From assembly GCA_040901675.1 (NCBI GenBank), contig JBBDYJ010000025.1, positions 322,937 through 386,936 on the forward strand: DNA of 64,000 bases. The letters run 5' to 3'. Of the stretch, positions 10,118 through 17,979 are shown piece by piece. The translations under genes and the position numbers were made by a program. The first letter of the stretch is position 1; every line of letters starts with the position of its first letter. Under the pieces are notes generated by a model that made no database searches, was not told the origin of the DNA, and worked only from the letters and a program-made list of their open reading frames with translations. This DNA comes from Pirellulales bacterium (GTDB lineage Bacteria; Planctomycetota; Planctomycetia; Pirellulales; JAICIG01).

Positions 10118-10421
10118 CGTTGAAAGACTTATTGGAAAAGCTCCGCGGCCGGGCCGTCACGCTCCGCCGGCGAGCATCGCCGGCCGGCACCACGTGGGTG
10201 CCATGGTTGTTTGTAATCGCGGCCCGCCCCGTCGGCAAGCAACCGCCGCCCCGGGGTGGCTGGCGGCAAAGCGTAAGCGTGCCCCAGTCTTCGTCTGGCT
10301 CCATGCTCCACGTCTCACGCCTTCGTGCGGATAATTCCGGCGCAGATGCCGGGGGCTGATTCGGGTATGATGTCCCGGCCAAGTACATGCTGCCCACGGT
10401 GTTCGTTAGCCTCGTTTTTCG

Positions 10422-11582
10422 ATGGAACAGAACCTGAAGCCCGGCGAGCTGTTCGATCGTCTCGAGTCGGCCGCCTTCGCCTTCCGAGGCTACAACACGA
10501 CGAACCTGGGCCGTAGCGGCGAGCTGCTGGCCCACCGGGTCTACGGCCCGACCGTCGAGCGCCATCTTCAGGAAGCCTCCGAGATCTACGCCAGTGTCAC
10601 CGGCCACAGCGCCGACCTGGTGAGCCGGGTCCGCAACAAGCAGGAGAGCACGCTGGAGACGTTCGGCCAGGATATCGGCTTGATCATCGCGCTGGAACTG
10701 GCGCAGTTGGACATCCTCCAGCATTGCTTCGACATCCACTACCGCCAGGCCCGCTTGGGGCTGGGATACAGCCTGGGCGAAGTGACGGCCATGGTTGCGG
10801 GCGGCGTCTACACCATGCGCGACGTGCTGCCCCCCTTGATGTCGCTGGCGGCCGAAAGCGCCGACCTGGCCCGCGACGTGACCATGGGCATCGTCTTCTC
10901 GCGCGGACCGGCCCTCGACCTGGCGGCCGTGGAGCAACTCTGCCTGGAGATCACCAGCCAGGGACGCGGCGTGATCGCCGTCTCCGCCTACCTTTCGCCC
11001 AACACGGTGCTGCTGCTGGGGCAGGCCGAGACGGTAGACCGCTTCAAGGATCACATGACGGAGGTCCTCGACGGGCACGTGCACCTGCGCAAGAATCAGG
11101 AGCACTGGCCGCCGCTGCACACGCCGCTGTTGTGGCAGCGGAACATTCCCAACCGGGCCGCCGTGATGATGCAGACCATCGGGGGCGGCTTCCGCAGCCC
11201 GACGCCGCCGGTGCTGTCGCTGGTCACGGGCAAGGTCAGCTACAACGACCACAACAGCCGCGAGATTCTCAACCGCTGGGTCGACCATCCGCAGAAGCTG
11301 TGGGACGCGGTTTACGAATTGCTGGCCAGCGGGATCGAGGTGGTCGTCCACGTGGGCCCGGACCCCAACCTGTTGCCCGCCACCTTCAAGCGGCTCAGCG
11401 ACAACGTGACGGCGCAGCTCGCCTCGCGTTCGCTCAACAGCATCGGCATGCGGGCCATGTCGAACATGGTCGGCCGCCCCTGGCTGGCCAAGCTCCTCTC
11501 GGCCCGCGCCGCCCTGTTGCGGGCCCCCTTCCTGGAGCACGTGATCCTCGAAGACTGGCTGCTGGCCCAGGATGCAAAGTAG
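10422..11582 (+). CDS. ACP S-malonyltransferase (FabD)-like acyltransferase, divergent
   Basis: GYSLGE nucleophile motif, PPLHTP (the AFHS equivalent), VHVGPDP. Confidence 0.75.
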   Translation: MEQNLKPGELFDRLESAAFAFRGYNTTNLGRSGELLAHRVYGPTVERHLQEASEIYASVTGHSADLVSRVRNKQESTLETFGQDIGLIIALELAQLDILQHCFDIHYRQARLGLGYSLGEVTAMVAGGVYTMRDVLPPLMSLAAESADLARDVTMGIVFSRGPALDLAAVEQLCLEITSQGRGVIAVSAYLSPNTVLLLGQAETVDRFKDHMTEVLDGHVHLRKNQEHWPPLHTPLLWQRNIPNRAAVMMQTIGGGFRSPTPPVLSLVTGKVSYNDHNSREILNRWVDHPQKLWDAVYELLASGIEVVVHVGPDPNLLPATFKRLSDNVTAQLASRSLNSIGMRAMSNMVGRPWLAKLLSARAALLRAPFLEHVILEDWLLAQDAK

Positions 11583-11645
11583 CAGGCACACTCCGTGTGC
11601 CGTCCGCCCGTTTAGTAGCAGGCACACTCCGTGTGCTGTCCGCCC
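11579..11645 (+). repeat. Tandem pair of GTAG-type REP elements
   Basis: GTAGCAGGCACACTCCGTGTGC(C/T)GTCCGCC twice. Confidence 0.8.
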
Positions 11646-11752
11646 CGGTCGCCTCCGTCCGCCGCAGCTAGACTGGCCGGGTGATCGAGCTTACACTTCG
11701 AAGGGGCGTCCTTTTCTCTTCGTTGCCCTCCCCACGGGAGTCGCCATAAACC

Positions 11753-12034
11753 ATGCACCGCATCAAACTCGACACTGCTCCTCCCCAAGTGCGGCAGTTT
11801 CTCGAAGACCTGCCACTCGACCAAGGTGGCGTTGAGCTGGAACTGAACGGCAGGGTTCTCTACCAGGTCATCCCGCCCCACCAACTGTCGGATGCCCAGC
11901 GCGAGGCGATCCTCGCCGAAGGCTGGGAGCTCATTCGCGCTGCGCAGGAGCGCAACAAGGGCGTGCCGGCAAACGTGATCGAGCGCGAGGTCCGCGAGGC
12001 GGTGGACGAAGTCCGCCGCCGCCGGCACTCATGA
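11753..12034 (+). CDS. Putative antitoxin paired with the PIN toxin
   Basis: 93 aa, ATGA overlap with the PIN gene; C-terminal IEREVREAVDEVRRR helix is common in such antitoxins. Confidence 0.65.
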   Translation: MHRIKLDTAPPQVRQFLEDLPLDQGGVELELNGRVLYQVIPPHQLSDAQREAILAEGWELIRAAQERNKGVPANVIEREVREAVDEVRRRRHS

Positions 12035-12459
12035 TTTGTGCGGTCCTGGACACCAACGTCCTTCTCCAGGCGGTCATCGGTTCTGCCCAGGCGGCCTCCG
12101 CACGCACGCTCCGTGCCTACCGCGACGGCAGGTTCCGGCTCGCCTTCTCCCTTCCCACCCTCGAAGAACTGCATGCGGTCCTCTCGCTGCCGGCGATGCA
12201 AAACCGCCATCAGTGGGATGACGAACAGATACGCAAGCACTTCAACTTCCTCTTGGCGAACGCCGATTTCTATCCAGTAACGGAACCTGTCTCCGCGGTG
12301 CTGGCCAGAGATGTGACGGATACCAAGTTCCTGGAGCTGGCGCAGCAGTCTCAAGCACGGTACCTGGCCACCAACGACCGCCGCCATCTGCTGCGACTCA
12401 AACACTTCCACCAGACCCAGATCGTCACGCCTGCGGAGTTTCTGAGGCGATTGACGTAA
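12031..12459 (+). CDS. PIN-domain toxin (VapC/PIN_3-like)
   Basis: AVLDTNV, EEL, RDVTDTKFLELA, LATNDRRHLL, IVTPAEFL. Confidence 0.9.
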   Translation: MICAVLDTNVLLQAVIGSAQAASARTLRAYRDGRFRLAFSLPTLEELHAVLSLPAMQNRHQWDDEQIRKHFNFLLANADFYPVTEPVSAVLARDVTDTKFLELAQQSQARYLATNDRRHLLRLKHFHQTQIVTPAEFLRRLT

Positions 12460-12797
12460 GCCGCCGTGTACTCGATGCAGCTTCATTGAAGCGATGTGAC
12501 ACTCCACACCGCCTCCTCGCCCGGACACTGGCCCGGTACATCCTGCAAAGCAGCCACGTTCGCCGAAGCAGTACGACAAAGGCCAGGTTTCACCTTCGGG
12601 CGACGAGATCAAGGACATGCAGCATCCGGCATTCGCTAATGGCGAGGCTCGAAATGCGGGCGAATTTGGATCCCGTTGTCGATTGGGGACGACGCCATTC
12701 GACTACTTGATGTCACGGCCATTTGAGCCGAGCCGCGGCCGCCTGGCCCGAAACCTCTAAACCCAGCTCAAACTCTAAACCCAAGGGAGACAAGACC

Positions 12798-13238
12798 ATG
12801 CGATTCATAGTTCTAGTCAAGGCATCGAAGCAGTCCGAGGCGGGGGTGATGCCGAGCCAGCAGCTCCTCACCGAAATGGGCAAATACAACGAGCAACTGG
12901 TGAAAGCCGGCGTGATGCTCGCGGGCGAAGGGCTTCATCCCAGTTCCAAGGGGACGCGGATCAAGTTCGATGGACGCAAGAAGATCGTGACGGATGGCCC
13001 CTTCGCCGAGACGAAGGAACTGGTCGCCGGCTTCTGGCTGTGGCAGTGCAAGTCGAAGGAAGAAGCGATCGAGTGGCTCCAACGCGCCCCTTTCGACGGC
13101 GGAGCCGAGGTCGAGATTCGCCAGGTGTTCGAGGCGGAGGATTTTGGCGCCGAATTCACCCCCGAGCTGCGCGAGCAGGAGGATCGTATTCGCGCGGACG
13201 CGGAAAAGCTCGCGAAGTCCTCGGCCGCAGCGAAATGA
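12798..13238 (+). CDS. YciI/DGPF-family protein
   Basis: MRFIVLVKA...GEGLHPSS...TDGPFAETKELVAGFW...EIRQVFE; GGGAG RBS. Confidence 0.92.
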   Translation: MRFIVLVKASKQSEAGVMPSQQLLTEMGKYNEQLVKAGVMLAGEGLHPSSKGTRIKFDGRKKIVTDGPFAETKELVAGFWLWQCKSKEEAIEWLQRAPFDGGAEVEIRQVFEAEDFGAEFTPELREQEDRIRADAEKLAKSSAAAK

Positions 13239-13261
13239 ATCCGCGCCAAGGCCTGGCCGGC

Positions 13262-13291
13262 ATTGCATCAATCGATGTTGATGGATTCAAC
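13262..13291 (+). repeat. 30-bp direct repeat, copy 1 (contains the CATCAA-N6-TTGATG palindrome)
   Basis: ATTGCATCAATCGATGTTGATGGATTCAAC, identical at 14916-14945. Confidence 0.9.
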
Positions 13292-13548
13292 CTGGCTGGT
13301 TGCTGGTTGCTGGTTGGATCTTGGTGCTTTCTGTAGCCGGCTTCGCCAGAATTCGGGCAGTGGCTCGTGTCTTCGTGCTTGGTGCTTGGTCCTTGGCGCT
13401 GATAAGTCCGCCTCCGGCGGAACCCCTGACCTCTGTCCGCTGACCTCTGGCTTCTGACCTCTGACTTCTGACCTCTGACTTCTGACCTCTGACTGCAAGT
13501 CCGCCTCCGGCGGATCACCTTGTCACCTTGTCGCCTTGTCACCTTGTC
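13292..13548. repeat. Heptamer/octamer tandem-repeat tract with an embedded REP and TCCGCC-N3-GGCGGA palindromes
   Basis: TGGTTGC, TGGTGCT, CTGAC(C/T)T and C(A/G)CCTTGT runs; GTAGCCGG REP at 13333. Confidence 0.85.
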
Positions 13549-13712
13549 GTGCCGTCCGCCTCCTCGCCCTGGAGCATAAAGCGACACCCCGGCGCGCCGG
13601 GACCTCCCCTCCTCGCGCCCTCGCCTTTCCATGGCGCTATTCTCGCCTTGCAGACTTTGATAAACTCTTCTCACCTCTGCCACCGGCTTTTTCGGATCAA
13701 GGTTGGCGTCAG

Positions 13713-13907
13713 ATGACGAAGCTGAACGACTACGTCAAAGTCGCCGAGGCCGCGGAATTCCTGGGCGTCTCGCAGAACACGCTGCGGGCCTGGGCTGCCG
13801 CCGGCAAGATTCCGATGCACCGGAATCCCGCGAACGGCTATCGGCTCTTTCGTCGAAGCGACTTGGAGCGATTCCTGGCTAAGGTCGCCAGGCCAGCGAA
13901 CCGATAG
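13713..13907 (+). CDS. Small helix-turn-helix protein (MerR/excisionase-like)
   Basis: VAEAAEFLGVSQNTLRAW...GYRLFRRSDLERFL. Confidence 0.85.
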   Translation: MTKLNDYVKVAEAAEFLGVSQNTLRAWAAAGKIPMHRNPANGYRLFRRSDLERFLAKVARPANR

Positions 13908-14042
13908 GCCACGTATGCCGGACGCCCAGTTCCCTGGACAGAGGATTTCACTACCCCGCCACTTTGCCAAAAAGGTCGTGCTCGAATCTGTCCGCCCCCT
14001 TGGAGACGGCAGCGAACGCCGCGTTCGACGGACAAAACCAAC

Positions 14043-14826
14043 ATGAACCCCGCACAAGGCTTCCAGCTCGAATTTGGCGAGACGTTCCCGCACTTGGCGG
14101 CTGCGCCCATTGCCGAGGCCGCTATTCAGTGGCGCGCCAGAGCAGGCAAGTGGCCTGATTCAGAAGAGCTTCGCCAACGTCTGATCGAGCGATTGCCCGG
14201 CTATCCGGAATGCCGTCCTCAACACCAGTTCGAAATGGAGGGCCAAGCGGGCGCAGATGGGTCTTGGACGCAGATTCGCGACACCTGGCACGGATTTCGG
14301 CTGATCTCCGAAAACAAACTTCACGTTGTGCAGTTCACGCGAGACGGGATCGTTTTCAGCCGCCTCACACCGTATGATACATGGGATACGTTCGTGGAAG
14401 AAGGATGGCGGCTGTGTCGCTGCCCATCGGGTTTCCGGCACCGTCGATTGGCGCGGAGCCGGACGGCCACCTCACGCTCGAATGGCATCGTTCCCCGCGG
14501 CGCACCTTGTCGCTGAGCGTGAGCCCCGACGACGAGCTGCATTACGCCGGGCTGTTCGGCCCTAGCCGCGTGTATGGAACGGAAGCCTATTTTGGAGAAG
14601 TTCCCAAGTCGGTTTTGCACCTCATCAGACGAGTTTATTCCGCATGATTGATCCCGCAACCGGCATCCCAGAGGTTGGACCGGATGAGACACTGGCCCGC
14701 TACATCCTGCACATACCCAAGAATCCGAATCACGCGAACATCGGCGGTTGGCCAATGGATAAACCGGCGCAGAAGATCATCGCCCTGGAGATCGCGGCGA
14801 CGGCCGTCTTCCTGGCCAGGGCCTGA
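14043..14826 (+). pseudogene. Decayed three-gene cassette: N-terminal half of a TIGR04255-like gene joined to the C-terminal half of the next gene, then an internally deleted small gene
   Basis: FPHLAAAPIAEA...QFTRDG...SRLTPYDTWDTF breaks off at ~14410. Another frame continues with PSIGAEPDGHLTLEW...LHYAGLFG. 14644-14826 looks shortened (LARYIL directly followed by NPNHANI). Confidence 0.6.
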
Positions 14827-14915
14827 CAAGCGAGGCCAGGTCATGCACACCATTTGGGGCTGGCTGGCGCACCAGCTCGGGCAAGCGCGGTAAGCAACTA
14901 GCAACCAGCCAGTCG

Positions 14916-14945
14916 ATTGCATCAATCGATGTTGATGGATTCAAC
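14916..14945 (+). repeat. 30-bp direct repeat, copy 2; possible operator upstream of the DUF1501 gene
   Basis: Identical to 13262-13291; internal palindrome ~100 bp before the DUF1501 start. Confidence 0.85.
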
Positions 14946-15044
14946 GCACCTGCTAAAATCCCCTCTTGGCCGTCGAGCGCCGCTGCCGATCGTCCTCTGC
15001 AACCGGCGCCGGCCGAACCTGCCTATCCGGAAAGGAGACCGAGC

Positions 15045-16325
15045 ATGTTGAGCATTCTGGGCCAGGGGACGAAGCTGTGCGACGGCATCACCCGCCGCGA
15101 GCTGCTCCGCGTCGGCGGCCTCGCCTTCGCCGGCCTCACGCTGGCCGACGTCTTGCGGCTCCGCGCCGCCGCCGCCCCGGATTCGCGCCGGGGCAAGTCG
15201 GTCATCATGATCTGGCTGCGAGGCGGCCCCTCGCACATCGACAGCTACGACATGAAGCCCGCCGCCCCCGCCGAGGTCCGCGGCGAGTTCCGACCCATCC
15301 CCACGAACGTGCCGGGCATCGAGATCTGCGAGCTCATGCCCCGCCAGGCGCAGATCATGGACAAGCTGGCCATCGTCCGCGGCATCCGCTCCAACGACCT
15401 GGGCGACCACACTCCGCATTACATCCTGACCGGCTTCCCCGACCGCGGCAAGCGGCCCGCGCTGGGATCGGTCGTCAGCTATCTCCGCCCGCCCACCGGC
15501 GGCCTGCCCCCCTACGTGAGCATGATGTACCGGCCCGACGGCACGCATGAAAACCCAACCTACACCGGCCCCGCCCATCGTCCCTTTGTGCCCCGCGGCG
15601 CAGGCCTGGCCGACCTGCAACTGGCGCGGGGCGTCTCGCTGGAGCGTTTGCACGAGCGCAGCGCTCTGCTCGACCAGTTCGACGGCCTGCGCCGCGCGGT
15701 CGACGACCGGGCCGCCGCCGGGATCGACGCCTTCCGGCAGCGGGCGCTGGAGATCATCACGTCGCCTGGGGCCCGTGATGCGTTCGACCTCTCCAAGGAG
15801 TCTCCCCGGACGCACGAGCGCTACGGCAAGTTCTGCCAAGACTTCCTGCTGGCGCGGCGGCTGGTCGAGGCCGGCGTCTCGGTGGTGACGCTCAAGGTTG
15901 GCGACTGGGACACCCACGAGCACAACTTCCGCGACATGCGGGACCAGTTGCCGCAGCTCGACCAGGGCTTCCACGCTTTGGTCACCGATTTGCACGACCG
16001 CGGCCTGGGCAACGACGTGGCGGTCGTGATGTGGGGCGAGTTCGGCCGGGCCCCGCGCATCTCGCGCATCGCGGGCCGCGATCACTGGCCCGAAGCCGGG
16101 GCGGCCATCCTCGCCGGCGGTGGCTTCGCCGCCGGCCAGGCGATCGGCGCGACCGACGCCCACGCCGGCCAGTCCAGGGGCACTCCCTACACGCCCAGCA
16201 ACGTGCTGGCCACCCTCTATCATCACTTAGGCATCGACCCGCTCCTTACGATCCCCGACCACGCCAACCGGCCCATGCACCTGCTCGACGATCGCCACCC
16301 CATCCGCGAGCTCACCCCCGGCTAG
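15045..16325 (+). CDS. DUF1501 domain-containing protein
   Basis: TRRELLRVG, WLRGGPSHIDSYDMKP, LLARRLVEAGV, WDTH, WGEFGRAP, GRDHWP. Confidence 0.92.
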   Translation: MLSILGQGTKLCDGITRRELLRVGGLAFAGLTLADVLRLRAAAAPDSRRGKSVIMIWLRGGPSHIDSYDMKPAAPAEVRGEFRPIPTNVPGIEICELMPRQAQIMDKLAIVRGIRSNDLGDHTPHYILTGFPDRGKRPALGSVVSYLRPPTGGLPPYVSMMYRPDGTHENPTYTGPAHRPFVPRGAGLADLQLARGVSLERLHERSALLDQFDGLRRAVDDRAAAGIDAFRQRALEIITSPGARDAFDLSKESPRTHERYGKFCQDFLLARRLVEAGVSVVTLKVGDWDTHEHNFRDMRDQLPQLDQGFHALVTDLHDRGLGNDVAVVMWGEFGRAPRISRIAGRDHWPEAGAAILAGGGFAAGQAIGATDAHAGQSRGTPYTPSNVLATLYHHLGIDPLLTIPDHANRPMHLLDDRHPIRELTPG

Positions 16326-16709
16326 TTGCTGGTTGCTGGTTGGATCTTGGATCTTTGTGCTTGGATCTTGGTCCTTGGAGCTTGGATCTTGGCGGAGGAT
16401 CGCCTTGTCGCCTTGTCGGTCCTCCTCCTCCCCTCATGCCCCCACCGCCCCATCACCCATCGCCCCACCGCCTCCGCATACTAACCCGACGCGCCGGCGC
16501 CCACACTAACCCGACGCGCCAGCGAGAGGCGTCCGACACAACCCCGATGCGCCGGGGCCTTCCGCCGCAGGCGCTTGCCTTCTGGAGGATTGCCTGGGCT
16601 CCTTGTCGCTTGCTGCGAGTCCTCCTCTCGCGGATCGCCTGGTCTTCTTGTCTCCTTGTCGTGCTTCCCTCGCCCCATCCCCCCTTCGTCCGGGGATCGT
16701 GTGCTGGCG

Positions 16710-16737
16710 TTGACGGTCGTTGTGGGTGGGCTAGAAC
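16710..16737 (+). promoter_or_regulatory. Putative sigma70-like promoter of the tRNA gene
   Basis: TTGACG-N16-TAGAAC ending 14 nt before the tRNA. Confidence 0.45.
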
Positions 16738-16751
16738 GTCGTTTTGCCTAT

Positions 16752-16813
16752 CGGGGCGCTAGAGCGCTACGTTCGGGACGTAGAGGTCGCTGGTTCAAAT
16801 CCAGTCGCCCCGA
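16752..16813 (+). tRNA. tRNA-Pro(CGG) lacking most of the D-arm (pseudo-tRNA or D-armless tRNA)
   Basis: Acceptor stem CGGGGCG/CGCCCCG, anticodon arm CTACG-TTCGGGA-CGTAG, T-arm GCTGG-TTCAAAT-CCAGT. Only 8 nt (CTAGAGCG) lie between the acceptor and anticodon stems. Confidence 0.85.
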
Positions 16814-16827
16814 CTTTGCCTCCTACG

Positions 16828-16861
16828 AAAGCCCACCGCAGGGAACTGCGGTGGGCTTTTT
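16828..16861 (+). terminator. Intrinsic terminator after the tRNA
   Basis: AAAGCCCACCGCAG-GGAA-CTGCGGTGGGCTTT followed by further Ts. Confidence 0.85.
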
Positions 16862-16989
16862 GCTTAAATTCAGGCGTTTTCGGGCTTCTGCGCTCTGGTT
16901 CAAAAAATGGGGGAAACGGTAGGGGTTCTTTTTGGCTTTTGTCGTAACATCCTTACCCCCTTGTCTTTCCGCAGTTCAAACGCCTCCCA

Positions 16990-17786
16990 TCAAAAAGGTG
17001 CGAGACGACGTGCCCACCTTCCTTGGCAACATGCTCCACATCCTGCCGAAAAACGTCCGCCATACAACCCGCGTGCCCATCGGCACCTACCGGGGCTTGC
17101 GATTCGGCATCTTGCTTCATCCGAAGTTCCCGCCCGATGTGTATCTTGAAGGAGCCACCACGCGGCAGACATCGCTATTGCGGGAACACCAGGGACCGCG
17201 TGCCGTGCTGAACGCACTGGAGCGGCTGGCAAGTGCTTACGGCTCCGAATGCGACCGCGTGCGCCGCGACCTTGGCATCGCCGAATCACAGCTACGCGAC
17301 TAACAGACCCGCCCTGGCAATCCCTTCACCCACGAAACGTACCTGTCCGATTTGACCGGGTTGCGTGACCAGCTCAAAGCGAAACTGTCCGCAACGGGAC
17401 ACGGTTCCGACGAAGGGGAGGGAACGGGTGCATTCGAACTGGCCGAGCGGATCAAGGCACGGAAGGCCGCGAACAGCGTCGAGGCCACGCCACAGCGCGT
17501 CCGGCAGAAGCATTCCTCCGCCGAGGAACCCGTCACCTCCCGCATCCGCCGCCGGACGGAGGCATCCAATCCAACGATCCTGCCTGACGCCGCCGCTTCG
17601 GCGGCAGGGACATCCCCGCCGCGCGAATCCGTCGCCCAGGCCATTCCTGAAGACCTCACGCCTTCTGCGCCTTCTTCCGAACTTCCCGGCACGACCCGGA
17701 ATTCATCCATCAAGTCCGAGATGACCTTCCAGGAACGCATCGCGATGGAGCGGCGACGGACCGAGGGTCCGGAAATCCTGTTGTAA
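16990..17786 (+). pseudogene. C-terminal remnant of a large mobile-element helicase/methylase-type protein with an in-frame stop
   Basis: IGTYRGLRFGILLHP...GPRAVLNALERL...LRD*QTR..., continuing in the same frame through the TAA at 17301-17303. No N-terminus is present. Family identity is from recollection only. Confidence 0.55.
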
Positions 17787-17848
17787 AAGCGTTGCCCACG
17801 GTTACCTGCAAGTGCGTGAACTTCCAAAAAAAATCCGTCCGCCGGCGC

Positions 17849-17877
17849 TTGACGCCTGACTCTTCGCCGCATATTCT
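17849..17877 (+). promoter_or_regulatory. Putative sigma70-like promoter of the protease-precursor locus
   Basis: TTGACG-N17-TATTCT about 100 bp upstream of the ATG at 17980. Confidence 0.5.
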
Positions 17878-17979
17878 CTGCCTTCACTAGATTGCCATTT
17901 TACTTTCAGGCGGCGCTCGCTCAACGGCCTTCAAAGAAGACTCGGCGCCTTGAGTGTGCGTTCCGAGCCGGAGTGCCAC

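Noticed and set aside
13713..13907. Excisionase-like HTH as a prophage marker
   Set aside because: No integrase or phage structural genes nearby.
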